Shown here: positions 19,418 through 29,869 of the stretch, one piece after another
How the letters are laid out: each line of letters opens with the position of its first letter
Numbering within the stretch: the stretch's first letter is position 1
Origin: Alphaproteobacteria bacterium
GTDB taxonomy: Bacteria; Pseudomonadota; Alphaproteobacteria; MPNO01
Assembly: GCA_965203455.1 (NCBI GenBank)
Contig: CBDBCV010000017.1
Span: 8,639-72,638 of the forward strand
Length of the DNA stretch: 64,000 bases
Direction of reading: 5' to 3'
Notes under the pieces: model-generated
The model's database searches: none
The model's input: only the letters and a program-made list of their open reading frames with translations
Told to the model about the DNA's origin: nothing
Made by a program: the position numbers and the translations under genes

Positions 19418-20553
19418 CAGGCGGCCTCGAGCACCGTCGAAATGCCCTGGCCGCCCCCGATGCACTGGGTGGCAAGGGCGTAGCGCTTGTCCTCGCGGCG
19501 CAGCAGTTGCGCCGCCTTGCCGGTGATGCGCGCGCCGGTGGCGCCGAGCGGATGGCCGAGCGCGATCGCGCCCCCGTCGATATTCATGCGCTCGAGATCG
19601 ATGGCGAGCTCGCGCACGCAGGCGAGCGCCTGCGCCGCGAACGCTTCGTTGAGCTCGATCACGTCGATGTCGGCCATCTTCAGCCCCGCCCTGGCGAGCG
19701 CCTTTTCCGACGAGACGACGGGCCCGTAGCCCATGATCTCCGGCGCGCAGCCCGCGACCGCGATCGCCCTGATCCGGGCGAGCACGGCAAGCTCGTTGCG
19801 CGCCGCGAAATCCTCGGTGCAGACCAGTACCGCCGCGGCGCCGTCGGTGAGCGGAGAAGAGGTGCCCGCGGTGACGGTGCCTTCAGCGTCGAACGCGGGT
19901 TCCAGCCCGGCGAGGATTTCTGCGCTGGTGCCGGGCCTGATGCAGCCGTCCCGCTCCACCGTGCCCTCGCCGGTCTCGACGGCGATCACCTCGCCCGAGA
20001 ATTTGCCTTCGTCCCACGCCCGGGCCGCGCGGGCGTGGCTGGCGACGGCGAGCGATTCCTGTTCCTCGCGGGTGATCTGGTATTTCCGGGCGAGGTTTTC
20101 GGCGGTCTCGCCCATCGACATGTAGGCGCCCTCGTTCCTCTCGTAGAGGTCCGGGTTGGGCGCCGGGTTGAAGCCGCCCATCGGTATCCGGCTCATCGAT
20201 TCGACACCCGCGCAGATGAATGCCTCGCCCGCCTCCATGCGGATCGCGCCCGCGGCCATGTGGATCGCCTGCATCGACGAGCCGCAGAAACGGTTCACCG
20301 TGGTGCCCCCGATGGTAATGGGCAGGTCCGCGATCAGTCCCACGATGCGGCCGAGGTTGAAGCCCTGCTCCCCTTCGGGGAAGGCGCAGCCGACGATCAG
20401 GTCCTCGATCTCCGCGGGATCGACCCCGGTCTGGTCGAGCAGTCCGGACACCACCTCGGCCGCGAGGTCGTCCGGCCGTTTCTCGACCAGGGCGCCCTTG
20501 TGGGCGAAGTGAAAGGGCGAACGGACGTAGCCGGCGATGACGGCGTGGTTCAT
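19417..20553 (-). CDS. fadA: Acetyl-CoA C-acyltransferase (thiolase I)
   Basis: Contains NRFCGSSMQA (active-site Cys), a thiolase His region and a C-terminal CIGGGQG motif. Confidence 0.9.
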   Translation of the reverse strand: MNHAVIAGYVRSPFHFAHKGALVEKRPDDLAAEVVSGLLDQTGVDPAEIEDLIVGCAFPEGEQGFNLGRIVGLIADLPITIGGTTVNRFCGSSMQAIHMAAGAIRMEAGEAFICAGVESMSRIPMGGFNPAPNPDLYERNEGAYMSMGETAENLARKYQITREEQESLAVASHARAARAWDEGKFSGEVIAVETGEGTVERDGCIRPGTSAEILAGLEPAFDAEGTVTAGTSSPLTDGAAAVLVCTEDFAARNELAVLARIRAIAVAGCAPEIMGYGPVVSSEKALARAGLKMADIDVIELNEAFAAQALACVRELAIDLERMNIDGGAIALGHPLGATGARITGKAAQLLRREDKRYALATQCIGGGQGISTVLEAA

Positions 20554-20607
20554 GGTCGGGTGCCTCGCGGTGTTGTGTATGCGTCGGTCGGCGGCGCCGT
20601 GCCGCGG

Positions 20608-22332
20608 TCAGCCGGAGCCATCGGCGGCGGCGTCCCGCTTGGCGGCCTCCTCGGCCACCAACTCCTTCTTGGACAGCTTGCCGATGATCGTCTTCGGCAG
20701 CTCGTCGCGGAACTCGATCTGCTTGGGCATCTCGATCGGGGACAGCTTGTCCTCCAGGAAACCGGTCAGCTCGTCGGCGGCGAGGCTCTGGCCATCCTTG
20801 AGCCGCACGAAGGCCTTGACGGTCTGCTGGCGGCGGGCGTCGTCGACGCCGATGACCGTCACCTCCAGCACCGAGGGGTGCTTGTAGATCGCCTCTTCGA
20901 CATGGCGCGGGTAGATGTTGTAGCCGCCCGCGATGATGACTTCCTTGAGCCGGTCGATGAGATAGACATACCCGTCCTCGTCGATATGGCCCACGTCCCC
21001 GGTGTGAAAACGCCCGCCGGAGAGGGCCTTGGCGTTCTCCTCTTCCCGGTTCCAGTAGCCTTTCATCACCTGCGGGCCGCTGATGCAGATCTCGCCCGTC
21101 TCGCCCTGCGGCAGAACGGTGTCCGGGTCGTCGATCGAGGTGATCTCGACCACGGTCCCGGGAACCGGGAGGCCGAGCGAACCTTCGCGGCTTCCGCCGG
21201 GAACGGTCGGGTTGCAGGTCGCGATCGGCGACGTCTCGCTGAGCCCGTAGCCTTCCACCAGCGTGCAGCCGGAGAGCGTCTGGAACCGGTCCTGGACCTC
21301 GCGCGGCAGCGCGGCGCCGCCCGAAAGGCAGAGCTTGATGGAGGACAGGTCGCACTTGCCCGCCGCGACATCGGGGTGGTCGTTGATCGCGATGTAGATG
21401 GTGGGCACCGCGGGGAAGAGCGTCGGCTTCTTCTTGTCGATTACCTTGAGAACCTGGTCGAGCTCGAATCGGGGCAGCAGGATCATCTTGGCGCCGAGGC
21501 GGATGCTGAAATTCATCACCACCGTCATGGCGAAGACGTGGAACAGCGGCAGCACGCCCACCATGATCTCGCCGCCTCCCTCGGCGTCCGGCATCACCAT
21601 CGTCGCCTGGGCCGCGTTCGCGGTGAGATTGGCGTGGCTCAGCATCGCGCCCTTCGACGTGCCGGTCGTGCCGCCGGTGTATTGAAGCACCGCGATGTCG
21701 TTCTCCGGGTCGACCTCGATCGGCGCCGGGTTGCCGGCATTGTCGGTCAGTTCCCGGAAAGACACATGGCGGGAATCGCGCGGAACGCTGGCGATCTCCT
21801 TGCGCTTGACGATGGGGAAGAGCAGCCCCTTGAGCCGGGGCAGCATCTCCGCCATGGAGCAGACCACCAGATGGCTCAGGCGCGTATCGTCGAGGGCGAC
21901 GCGGGCCTTGTCATAGAGGAGCGAGAGGTCGAGGGTGACCAGGATGTCCGTTTCCGAATCCTCGACCTGCTTCTTGATCTCCTCGATGGCGTAAAGCGGG
22001 TTGAAGTTGACCACGGTGCCGCCCGCCTTGAGCACGCCGAAATAGCTGACGACCGAAGCCGGGCAGTTGGGCAGGAGGAGGCCGACCTTGCGGCCCTTGC
22101 CCACCCCGAGCTTCTGGAATCCCTCCGCCGCCTTGTCCGCGAGCGCGCCGAGCTCCCCGTAGCTCATGACGCGGTCCAGGAAGTCGATGGCCGGGCGATC
22201 GGCGTAGCGCGCGGCCGCGTCGTCCAGCAGCAGATGCAGCGGCCCGGTCGGAATCTCGGCATGCCAGTCGACGTTCGAAGGGTAGGATTTTTCCCACGGG
22301 TGGGCGCCGCTCCGGGCTTCTGTGTCCGCCAT
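20608..22332 (-). CDS. fadD: Long-chain-fatty-acid--CoA ligase (FadD-like)
   Basis: Contains YTGGTTGTSKGAMLSH, GYGLSETS and GWFHTGD-like 'GRFHTGDVGHID'. The start is the internal MADTEARSG; the upstream extension is non-protein-like. Confidence 0.85.
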   Translation of the reverse strand: MADTEARSGAHPWEKSYPSNVDWHAEIPTGPLHLLLDDAAARYADRPAIDFLDRVMSYGELGALADKAAEGFQKLGVGKGRKVGLLLPNCPASVVSYFGVLKAGGTVVNFNPLYAIEEIKKQVEDSETDILVTLDLSLLYDKARVALDDTRLSHLVVCSMAEMLPRLKGLLFPIVKRKEIASVPRDSRHVSFRELTDNAGNPAPIEVDPENDIAVLQYTGGTTGTSKGAMLSHANLTANAAQATMVMPDAEGGGEIMVGVLPLFHVFAMTVVMNFSIRLGAKMILLPRFELDQVLKVIDKKKPTLFPAVPTIYIAINDHPDVAAGKCDLSSIKLCLSGGAALPREVQDRFQTLSGCTLVEGYGLSETSPIATCNPTVPGGSREGSLGLPVPGTVVEITSIDDPDTVLPQGETGEICISGPQVMKGYWNREEENAKALSGGRFHTGDVGHIDEDGYVYLIDRLKEVIIAGGYNIYPRHVEEAIYKHPSVLEVTVIGVDDARRQQTVKAFVRLKDGQSLAADELTGFLEDKLSPIEMPKQIEFRDELPKTIIGKLSKKELVAEEAAKRDAAADGSG

Positions 22333-22569
22333 GCGCTCCGATCCTTCCGCAGGGAATTCGCCGCGGCTCGGGGCCGTCCGCCCGGGCCGCCAAGGCAAAC
22401 TATGGAAATCCCGCGAAATATCGTCAAGGCACGATCCCGCTCGCGCCCGGCGGGCTTTGCACCGTCCGGTTGAGCACGGCGCGCGTATGAAACATGCGCG
22501 GTATCGCGTGCACCGGGGCGCTGTGGCATGGTGCCGGCCCGCGGCCAGTCCCGGATCGGGAGAGACCAT

Positions 22570-24349
22570 CATGCAGACCTACAGGGCACCGCTCCGCGAC
22601 ATGCGCTTCGTGCTCAACGAGCTCCTCGATGTCGGCACGCTCGCCACGCTGCCCGGCTACGAAGAGGCGACGCCCGATCTCATCGACGCCGTGATCGAGG
22701 AAGGAGCGAGGCTCTGCGAGAACACGCTCTTGCCGCTCAACCGGCCGGCCGACGAGGAGGGCTGCCATTACGAGAACGGCGCGGTGCGCACGCCGCGGGG
22801 CTACAAGGATGCGTATCGCCGCTTCGTCGAGGCCGGCTGGACCGGTGTGACCGTGGCGCCCGACTATGGCGGCCAGGGCCTGCCGGAGCTGGTGAGCGTG
22901 GTGTTCGACGAGATGGTCTGCTCCACCAATCTCGCCTTCGGCGTCTACCCCCTGCTCTCGAAGGGCGCCGCGGCGCTGATCGGCGTACACGCCGCCGACG
23001 ACCTCAAGGAGACCTACCTGCCCCGGCTCGCAGACGGCAGCTGGACCGGCACCATGTGCCTGACGGAACCCCATTGCGGGACCGATCTCGGCCAGATCCG
23101 CACCCGGGCGACGCCGATCGGGGACGACCGCTACGCGATTACCGGGACCAAGATATTCATCTCGGCGGGCGAGCACGATCTGACCGAGAACATCGTCCAC
23201 CTGGTGCTCGCGAGGCTGCCCGACGCGCCGCCGGGGGTGCGCGGAATCAGCCTGTTCCTGGTGCCGAAGCGCAAGACCTCCCCGGATGGCGCCGCCGGGC
23301 CGGCGAACGGCGTCCGCTGCGGCTCGATCGAGAAGAAGATGGGCATCCACGGGTCCGCGACTTGCGTGATGCATTTCGAGGAGGCGGAAGGGTACCTGAT
23401 CGGCGCGCCGCACCAGGGGCTCCGCTGCATGTTCACCATGATGAACGGCGCGCGGCTCGGGGTCGGGCTCCAGGGCCTCGGGCTCGGCGAGACCGCCTAT
23501 CAGAGCGCCGCCGCCTACGCGCGGGAACGCCGCCAGGGGCGCGCGCTCAAGGGCGCGGCCGAGCCGGACGCCGCCGCCGATCCGATCGTCGTCCACCCCG
23601 ACGTGCGGCGCATGCTGCTGAACGCTCGTGCGCTCAACGAGGGCGCCCGGGCTTTGGCCTATTGGGTGGCGCTCCAGCTCGACATCTCCCACCGCCATCC
23701 CGACGCGACGGTGCGCGAGGACGCCGACGAGCTGGTCCAGCTGATGACCCCCATCATCAAGGCGTTCTTCACCGATTACGGCTTCGAGGCGACCAATCTC
23801 GCGGTCCAGGTCCATGGCGGGCACGGCTATATCCGCGAGCACGGCATGGAGCAGCTCGTGCGCGACGCGCGTATCTCGCAGATCTACGAGGGCGCGAACG
23901 GCATCCAGGCGCTCGATCTGGTCGGCCGCAAGCTGCCGCGGCGGGCGGGCCGTTTCCTTCGGCACTTCTTCCACCCGGCCGTCGCCTTCGTCGAGGCCAA
24001 CCGGGACGACCCGGCCCTCGCCGACATCGTGGGTCCGGTCGGCAAGGCGCTGGAAAAGCTCCAGACGGCGACGTTGACCGTCGCGCAGCGAGGCCTCGGC
24101 GATCCCGAGGAGGCCGGCGCGGCGGCGTCGGACTATCTCCGGATGTTCGGGCTGGTGGCCGTGGGCTACATGTGGTGCCAGATGGCCAGGCTCGCCGCGG
24201 ACAAGGCGAACGGCGATGCGTTCTACGAATCCAAGCTGAAGACCGCCCGGTTCTACGTGCAGAAGATCCTGCCCGACACCGCCGGCCTGTTCCTCAAGAT
24301 CATGGCCGGTAAATCGACGGTCATGGCCCACGACGCCGAGGAATTCTGA
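22570..24349 (+). CDS. Large acyl-CoA dehydrogenase (FadE/AidB-like, ~593 aa)
   Basis: Acyl-CoA dehydrogenase fold with an extended C-terminus (CLTEPHCGTD..., YEGANGIQALDLVGRK). It is divergent from fadD. Confidence 0.85.
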
Positions 24350-24363
24350 CCGGGCCCCCGGCA

Positions 24364-25971
24364 TTGACGAAGAACGCGGAGACCCAGGTCGCGATCGTCG
24401 GGGCCGGCCCGGTGGGCCTCGCGCTGGCGATCGAGCTCGGGCTGCGCGGGGTCGGCTGCATCCTCGTCGAACAGCACGAAGGCCATCCCCGCGTGCCCCG
24501 GATGAGCGGCGTCAGCAGCCGCAACATGGAGTTCTGCCGGCGCTGGGGGATCGCGGAGAAGGTGCGCGGCGCGGCGTGGTCGGACACGCACCCCTCGGAT
24601 TTCGTCTATGTCGAATCGATGACCGGCCGCGAGCTGGCCCGGCTCCCGATACCGTCCTACCGGGAACGCGAAGGACGGATCGACTACTCGCCGGAAGGCT
24701 CGGCCACCTGCCCGCAGATCTATTTCGACCCGCTGCTCGCCGAGAAGGCGCGGTCGGTAGACGGCGTGACGCTCCGATACGGCACGCGGCTCGGGAGCTT
24801 CGAGCAGGACGGGGCGGGAGTCCGCGCTCACCTCGTCAACACGCGCTCGGGCGAGGCGCGGACCGTGTCGGCCCGATACCTCGTCGGCTGCGACGGCGCC
24901 GGCGGAACCGTCCGGCGAGAGCTCGCCATTCCGCTCGACGGGCAGGGCACCATCGCGAGGAGCGTCAACATCTTCTTCCGCTCGCCCCGGTTCATGGAGA
25001 TGCACGACAAGGGCTGGGCCCGGTTCTTTCGCTGCTTCGACGAGGACGGGTGCTGGGGCGAGGCGATCGGGATCGACGGCAGGGAGTTGTGGCGATTGTC
25101 GGTTTTCCACGATTCCACGCCGGACCTCACGGGGCACGGCTATCTCCGCAAGCTCGCGGGCCGCGACTTCGACTACGAGATCCTCGACGTGTCCCCTTGG
25201 GAGCGCCGGGACTTCGTCGCGCGCTCCTTTCGCAGCGGACGGGTGCTGATCGCGGGCGACGCGGCGCACGAGGCCTCGCCCACCGGCGGCGCCGGAATGC
25301 ATATCGGCGTGTGCGAGGCCGTCAATCTCGCCTGGAAGCTCGCCGCCGTGCTCGACGGGTGGGGCGGCGGCGGACTCCTCGACTCCTACGAAACCGAGTC
25401 GAAACCGATCGCCGAGCGCATCGTGGAGCTTTCGACCCGGACCTACGATGCCCTCGCCGCGCTGCCCGGCCGGGAGGCGTTCCGCCGGGCGTTCGAGGAC
25501 GATCCCGGGATCCTGCTCGCGCTGACCCTGCCGGAACAGCTCCGCGCGCAGTTCTGCTACGAGGAGTCGCCGATCTGCGTACCGGACGGGACGCCGCCGC
25601 CGGAAGGGGCGGACGAGCTCCTTCCCTCCGCGCGGCCGGGCACGCGCGCACCCCATTGCTGGATCGGGGAAGGCCGGTCGACGCTGGACCTGTTCGGCGG
25701 TGGGTTCGTGCTGGTCCGCTTCGGCGCCGCGCCGCCCGACGTCGCGCCGGCCGCGGCGGCCGCGGCGTCGGCGGGGGTTCCGCTGGAGGTCGTCGACATC
25801 GACCGGCCGGAGGCCGCGGAGCTCTACGGCCGGCGCCTCGTCCTCGTCCGCCCGGACGGGCATGTCGCGTGGCGGAGCGATAAGCCGCCGGACGATCCGG
25901 TCGCCTTGATCGACCGCGCGCGAGGCGCCGCACAGGAGCAATTCGGGACGGGAAAGGCGGTAGCACGATAA
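24364..25971 (+). CDS. FAD-dependent aromatic-ring monooxygenase (class A flavoprotein hydroxylase)
   Basis: Contains VAIVGAGPVGLALA (GxGxxG), LVGCDGAGGTVR and VLIAGDAAHEASPTGGAGMHIG. Confidence 0.8.
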   Translation: MTKNAETQVAIVGAGPVGLALAIELGLRGVGCILVEQHEGHPRVPRMSGVSSRNMEFCRRWGIAEKVRGAAWSDTHPSDFVYVESMTGRELARLPIPSYREREGRIDYSPEGSATCPQIYFDPLLAEKARSVDGVTLRYGTRLGSFEQDGAGVRAHLVNTRSGEARTVSARYLVGCDGAGGTVRRELAIPLDGQGTIARSVNIFFRSPRFMEMHDKGWARFFRCFDEDGCWGEAIGIDGRELWRLSVFHDSTPDLTGHGYLRKLAGRDFDYEILDVSPWERRDFVARSFRSGRVLIAGDAAHEASPTGGAGMHIGVCEAVNLAWKLAAVLDGWGGGGLLDSYETESKPIAERIVELSTRTYDALAALPGREAFRRAFEDDPGILLALTLPEQLRAQFCYEESPICVPDGTPPPEGADELLPSARPGTRAPHCWIGEGRSTLDLFGGGFVLVRFGAAPPDVAPAAAAAASAGVPLEVVDIDRPEAAELYGRRLVLVRPDGHVAWRSDKPPDDPVALIDRARGAAQEQFGTGKAVAR

Positions 25972-26957
25972 TGGGACTCGGGATTCGCTTCGACGGGTTC
26001 GACCATCTCTCCGACTCGCTCGAAATCGTCCGCCAGGCGGAGGAGGCGGGCGCGGACCGGATCTGGATGGCCGAGCACATGGGCTACCGCGAGGCCGTCG
26101 TCGCCAGCATGGCCTATGCGTTGTCGACCGCGACCGCGACGGTGATCCCGACGGCGGTCAGCCCCTATCTCTGGCATCCGACGCCGACCGCCATGTCGCT
26201 CGCCACCCTGGCGGATGTCGCGCCCGGACGCGTCGGCGTCGCGGTCGGCGTCGGCAACCCGCTGTTCCTCGGCGAATCCGGCGTGGAGCCCGTCAAGCCG
26301 CTTCGCGCGGTGCGGGAATTCGTCGAATGCCTGCGCGCGCTGTGGACCGGCGAGGTGGTGACCTATGACGGCGCGTTCTTCCGGCTCTCCGGCGCCCGCA
26401 TGTCCTTCTCCCCGTCGCACCCGATCCCGATCTATATCGCCGCGACCGGGCCGCAGATGTTGCGGCTCACCGGGCGTATCGCCGACGGGGTGGTGCTGTC
26501 CGGCGGGCTCACCGTCCAGCACGTGAATTACAGTCTTGGGCAGATCGCCGAGGGCGCGCGGGCGGCCGGCCGCGACCCGGCGGAGGTCCGCAACGCGGCG
26601 TTTCTCTATTTCTCGGTCTCCGCCGACGGGCGCGAGGCCGTCGATTTTCTGCGCGGGCGGCTCGCCTTTCTCTTCCGCAACCGCGCGATGGCGGACGACA
26701 TCCGCTCGTCCGGCCTTCCCATCGACCATGAGGCGATCGTCGCCGCCGTCGCGGAACGGGACATGGAAACGGCGAAGCGCCTCGTTCCCGACGATGCGGT
26801 GGACGCCTTCGCGGTCGGCGGCACGGTGCGCAACTGCCGCGACCGGCTCGCCGCCTATCTCGCAACCGGCGTCACAGAGCCGGTCATCCAGATCAGCGGG
26901 TCGCCGGAAAGCCGCGCGCTCGCGTTCCGGGTGCTGCGGGAATTCGCCGCCGGTTAA
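25971..26957 (+). CDS. LLM-class (luciferase-like) flavin-dependent oxidoreductase
   Basis: TIM-barrel LLM signature (RIWMAEHMGYREA...). Its start overlaps the upstream stop. Confidence 0.8.
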   Translation: MGLGIRFDGFDHLSDSLEIVRQAEEAGADRIWMAEHMGYREAVVASMAYALSTATATVIPTAVSPYLWHPTPTAMSLATLADVAPGRVGVAVGVGNPLFLGESGVEPVKPLRAVREFVECLRALWTGEVVTYDGAFFRLSGARMSFSPSHPIPIYIAATGPQMLRLTGRIADGVVLSGGLTVQHVNYSLGQIAEGARAAGRDPAEVRNAAFLYFSVSADGREAVDFLRGRLAFLFRNRAMADDIRSSGLPIDHEAIVAAVAERDMETAKRLVPDDAVDAFAVGGTVRNCRDRLAAYLATGVTEPVIQISGSPESRALAFRVLREFAAG

Positions 26958-28186
26958 CCGTTGAAGTCTTCGGCCTCCAGCCGTCCCGCGTCGAGCAGCT
27001 GCGCCCTCGCGAGCGCCTTCCAGTCGGCCCGCATCATGAATCCGGGCACCGAGTGGCAGCGCTCCTCGGAGACGCGCAGTATTTCCTCGTCCGACAGCGA
27101 CAGGTCGAGCGGCCAGGCGCTCGGCGCCGGGGTGTACCAGTCGGACTCCCGGCTGAGCTCGATGACGTTGCCCTCCGGGTCGTTGCAGTAGAGCGAGAAC
27201 GAATTGCCGTGATCGACCGGGCGGTAATCGTCGACCTCCGGATGGGCGTACATGCGGTCGCACACGCCGCGCAGCGCCGGGATCGACGGCACCCGGAAGG
27301 TCACCTGGTTGATGCTGCTCGGCACGTCCGCCGGGCGTCCCGCCGCCAGCACGATCTGGGCGATCTGGCCCGGATCGCGGGTGAGGTAGACGACATCGGC
27401 CGCCGGCACCTCGCCCACCGCCGGCCGCCGGCCGCGCCCGGTGACGAGATACCCCAGCTCGTCCACGTAGAACGACGCGAGGGCGTCGAGGTCGATCGCC
27501 TCCATGCCGATGCGGAACATCGAAACGGACGGAAACGGCGCGGACCGGGCGGTATCGAAGTCGTTGCGGAACACCGGTCCGGCGCCCGCCGGGGCGGGGC
27601 CGACCGAGGGCGTCGCCTGGCGCTGCAGCTTGCCGCTCGCGGCCAGCGCGGTCTCGATCTCGGCCCGCCACGCCGCGCGGTCGCGGAAGCCTTCCAGACC
27701 CTTGCAGCGATCCAGCGTCGTCGAGCGGATCGTTTCGTCGTCCGCTTCCAGGTCGAGCGGCCATGCCCGGGGCTGCGGGACGAACCAGCCGGTGTCGACG
27801 TCGATCGTGACCGGAATGCCCGTCGGGTCCGTGAAATGGAGCGTCCAGGACACGCCGTGATCGACCGCCGTGACGCCGGTCACGCCCGGCTCGTTCGCAA
27901 GCAGGGACGCGATGCGCTTGAGCTCCGCCAGGCTCGGCGCCAGGAAGCCGAGATCGGCGACGGTCGTCGGATGCGCCGGATCGCGTCCGCTGATCGCGAC
28001 GAGCTGGTGGTGCTCGAACGGCCGGCGGGTCATGAAGCAGATCCGGCCCGCGCCGAGCCCGCCATGGTCGCTGATGCCGAAGCCGAACGCGTTCGTCCAG
28101 AAGTCGACCGCACGGTCGTAGTCGTCGGTGTAGTAGCCGAAATGGCTGAACACGAGCGGCGGCGCGGTTGAATCCTTCGGTGTCAT
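26954..28186 (-). CDS. Tandem-duplicated VOC (glyoxalase/dioxygenase-fold) protein, each half carrying a ~50-aa C-terminal 'W.P.P.AWPLDL' module
   Basis: The two halves align (…DTGWFVPQPRAWPLDLEADDETIRSTTLDRCKGLEGF.. versus …ESDWYTPAPSAWPLDLSLSDEEILRVSEERCHSVPGF..). The likely start is MTPKDSTAPPLVFSHFGYY. Confidence 0.7.
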   Translation of the reverse strand: MTPKDSTAPPLVFSHFGYYTDDYDRAVDFWTNAFGFGISDHGGLGAGRICFMTRRPFEHHQLVAISGRDPAHPTTVADLGFLAPSLAELKRIASLLANEPGVTGVTAVDHGVSWTLHFTDPTGIPVTIDVDTGWFVPQPRAWPLDLEADDETIRSTTLDRCKGLEGFRDRAAWRAEIETALAASGKLQRQATPSVGPAPAGAGPVFRNDFDTARSAPFPSVSMFRIGMEAIDLDALASFYVDELGYLVTGRGRRPAVGEVPAADVVYLTRDPGQIAQIVLAAGRPADVPSSINQVTFRVPSIPALRGVCDRMYAHPEVDDYRPVDHGNSFSLYCNDPEGNVIELSRESDWYTPAPSAWPLDLSLSDEEILRVSEERCHSVPGFMMRADWKALARAQLLDAGRLEAEDFNG

Positions 28187-28339
28187 CCTGTCGGCCTTTC
28201 TTCGACGTCCGGCAATCGTGTATCGACCGGGTGAGAATGGAGCCAATTCCGCCTATCGGCAAGCGGGCCGCGGGTTGTTGAACATGCTCGGCGATTTGGG
28301 CACCGTTGGGTTCCCGCCCATGGGTGAAGAGGGGGCAGC

Positions 28340-29437
28340 ATGACGGTCGAGCGGATCGCGATTTTCGGCGCCGGCGGCGGTGGCACGTCGGCGGCGGCGC
28401 ACCTGACGACGCTCGGGTTCGAGATCCGGCTCTACAGCCAGGACCCGGACGCGCTGGCGCCGCTCCAGGAGATCGGCGGCATCCACTACACCGCCCCGTT
28501 CGGGGACGGGTTCGCGCCGATCCCGACGATCACCGGCGACGCGGAAGCGGCGATGGACGGCGCCGAAGTCGTGATGATCGTGAGCCCCGCCCACCTGCAC
28601 GAGAAATGGGTGTCCGCCGCCGCACCGCACCTGACCGGGGACCAGGTGCTCTTCGTCTCGCCGGGGCACACGCTCCTGCTGATCCCGCATGTGCTGCGGG
28701 AGCACGGGATCGAGCGTCCGGTGTTCTGCGAGACCGCGACGCTGCCCTATCTCTGCCGCCGCATCGAGCCGACGAAGTGTCGGATTTCGCGGGTGTCGGA
28801 CTTCATGGTCTTCGGCGGCTTTCCGGGAAAGGAGACCGGGCGGCTCCACGAGGTGGTGAAGACCGTCTACCCGTCGGTTCAGCCCTTCGCCAACGTGCTG
28901 GAGACGGTGTTCCCCTACGGCAACGCGATCCACCACCCGCCCGCCGTCTTGTGCAACGCGGGCCGGATCGAGGCGACCGGCGGCGATTTCCGCCACTACT
29001 ACGACGGCATCACCCCGTCTGTCGGGCGGCTGATCGACGCCGTCGACCGCGAGCGCCTCGCCGTCGCCGAGGCGCTCGACGCCAGGACCATGCCCTTCGT
29101 CGAGCTGTTCTGGCGCATGGGCTACACTACCGACGAGGCCGGCGCCTCGGGCCTCTCCTACGAGGCGTTCCACCAGAGCGAGCCGGACAAGTGGATCATG
29201 GCGCCCACCACCCTCCGGCACCGCTACCTGCTGGAGGACGTGCCCTACGGCCACCTGATCTATTCCGAGCTCGGGCGCGTCGCGGGTGTGCGCACGCCGA
29301 TCATCGACCACGTCATCCACCTCGCGTCCGTCATCATGGAGCGCGATTTCCGCTCGGAAGGGCTGACGCTCGCGAAGATGGGCCTCGCCGGCATCGACCG
29401 GGACAGCTTTCTCGAACTGCTCGAACACGGGTTCTGA
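28340..29437 (+). CDS. NAD/NADP octopine/nopaline dehydrogenase-family protein
   Basis: N-terminal Rossmann IAIFGAGGGG. 365 aa, with an opine-dehydrogenase-like architecture. Confidence 0.65.
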   Translation: MTVERIAIFGAGGGGTSAAAHLTTLGFEIRLYSQDPDALAPLQEIGGIHYTAPFGDGFAPIPTITGDAEAAMDGAEVVMIVSPAHLHEKWVSAAAPHLTGDQVLFVSPGHTLLLIPHVLREHGIERPVFCETATLPYLCRRIEPTKCRISRVSDFMVFGGFPGKETGRLHEVVKTVYPSVQPFANVLETVFPYGNAIHHPPAVLCNAGRIEATGGDFRHYYDGITPSVGRLIDAVDRERLAVAEALDARTMPFVELFWRMGYTTDEAGASGLSYEAFHQSEPDKWIMAPTTLRHRYLLEDVPYGHLIYSELGRVAGVRTPIIDHVIHLASVIMERDFRSEGLTLAKMGLAGIDRDSFLELLEHGF

Positions 29438-29554
29438 GACGCGGGCCGGCCCGGGCGACCATGGAGCTGCTGATCGTCCTTCGTCCTTGCTAGTGTCTTG
29501 ATTCTGAAGTTCGTGTGAAATCACGTTGATTGGGCGGTCTCCCCAGCCCGACCG

Positions 29555-29680
29555 CTTCTTTCGTCATGCCCGGACTTGTTCCGGGCATCCACGTCCCTCT
29601 ACCGGTTCGTCCGCTCCCGGCTCACACCGCGATGCCGCGAGACGTGGATGCCCGGAACAAGTCCGGGCATGACGTGATGG
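29555..29680. repeat. MITE/REP-like palindromic element, copy A (family 1)
   Basis: Terminal inverted repeats cgtcatgcccggacttgttccgggcatccacgtc / gacgtggatgcccggaacaagtccgggcatgacg flank a ~45-bp core. Intergenic, with AT-richer flanks. Confidence 0.8.
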
Positions 29681-29869
29681 GGTACCTCGCCAATGCACGC
29701 GAACTTCTCGATCAGGACACTAGGAGCCGGCGCGGCATCGGCGCTATGATCGGATGACGCGCCTTTACGATCTCGCCGGCGCCCGCCCCCCCGGTTTGAC
29801 CCGCACCGGCCGATCCGCGATCTTCCGGCGCCGGGAAAACCTCCCCCGCCTTCATTCGGAGACACGACG

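Noticed and set aside
22478-22500. Near-palindrome cgcgcgtatgaaacatgcgcgg in the same intergenic region (possible FadR/TetR-type operator)
   Set aside because: Only 7/9 arm matches. GC-rich near-palindromes are frequent in this DNA. No regulator gene is nearby.
22519-22540. TGGCATGGTGCCGGCC resembling a sigma-54 -24/-12 promoter in the fadD/ACAD divergent region
   Set aside because: GG-N10-GC spacing is right, but the -12 element is CGGC rather than TTGC. This is too weak to call without experimental or comparative support.
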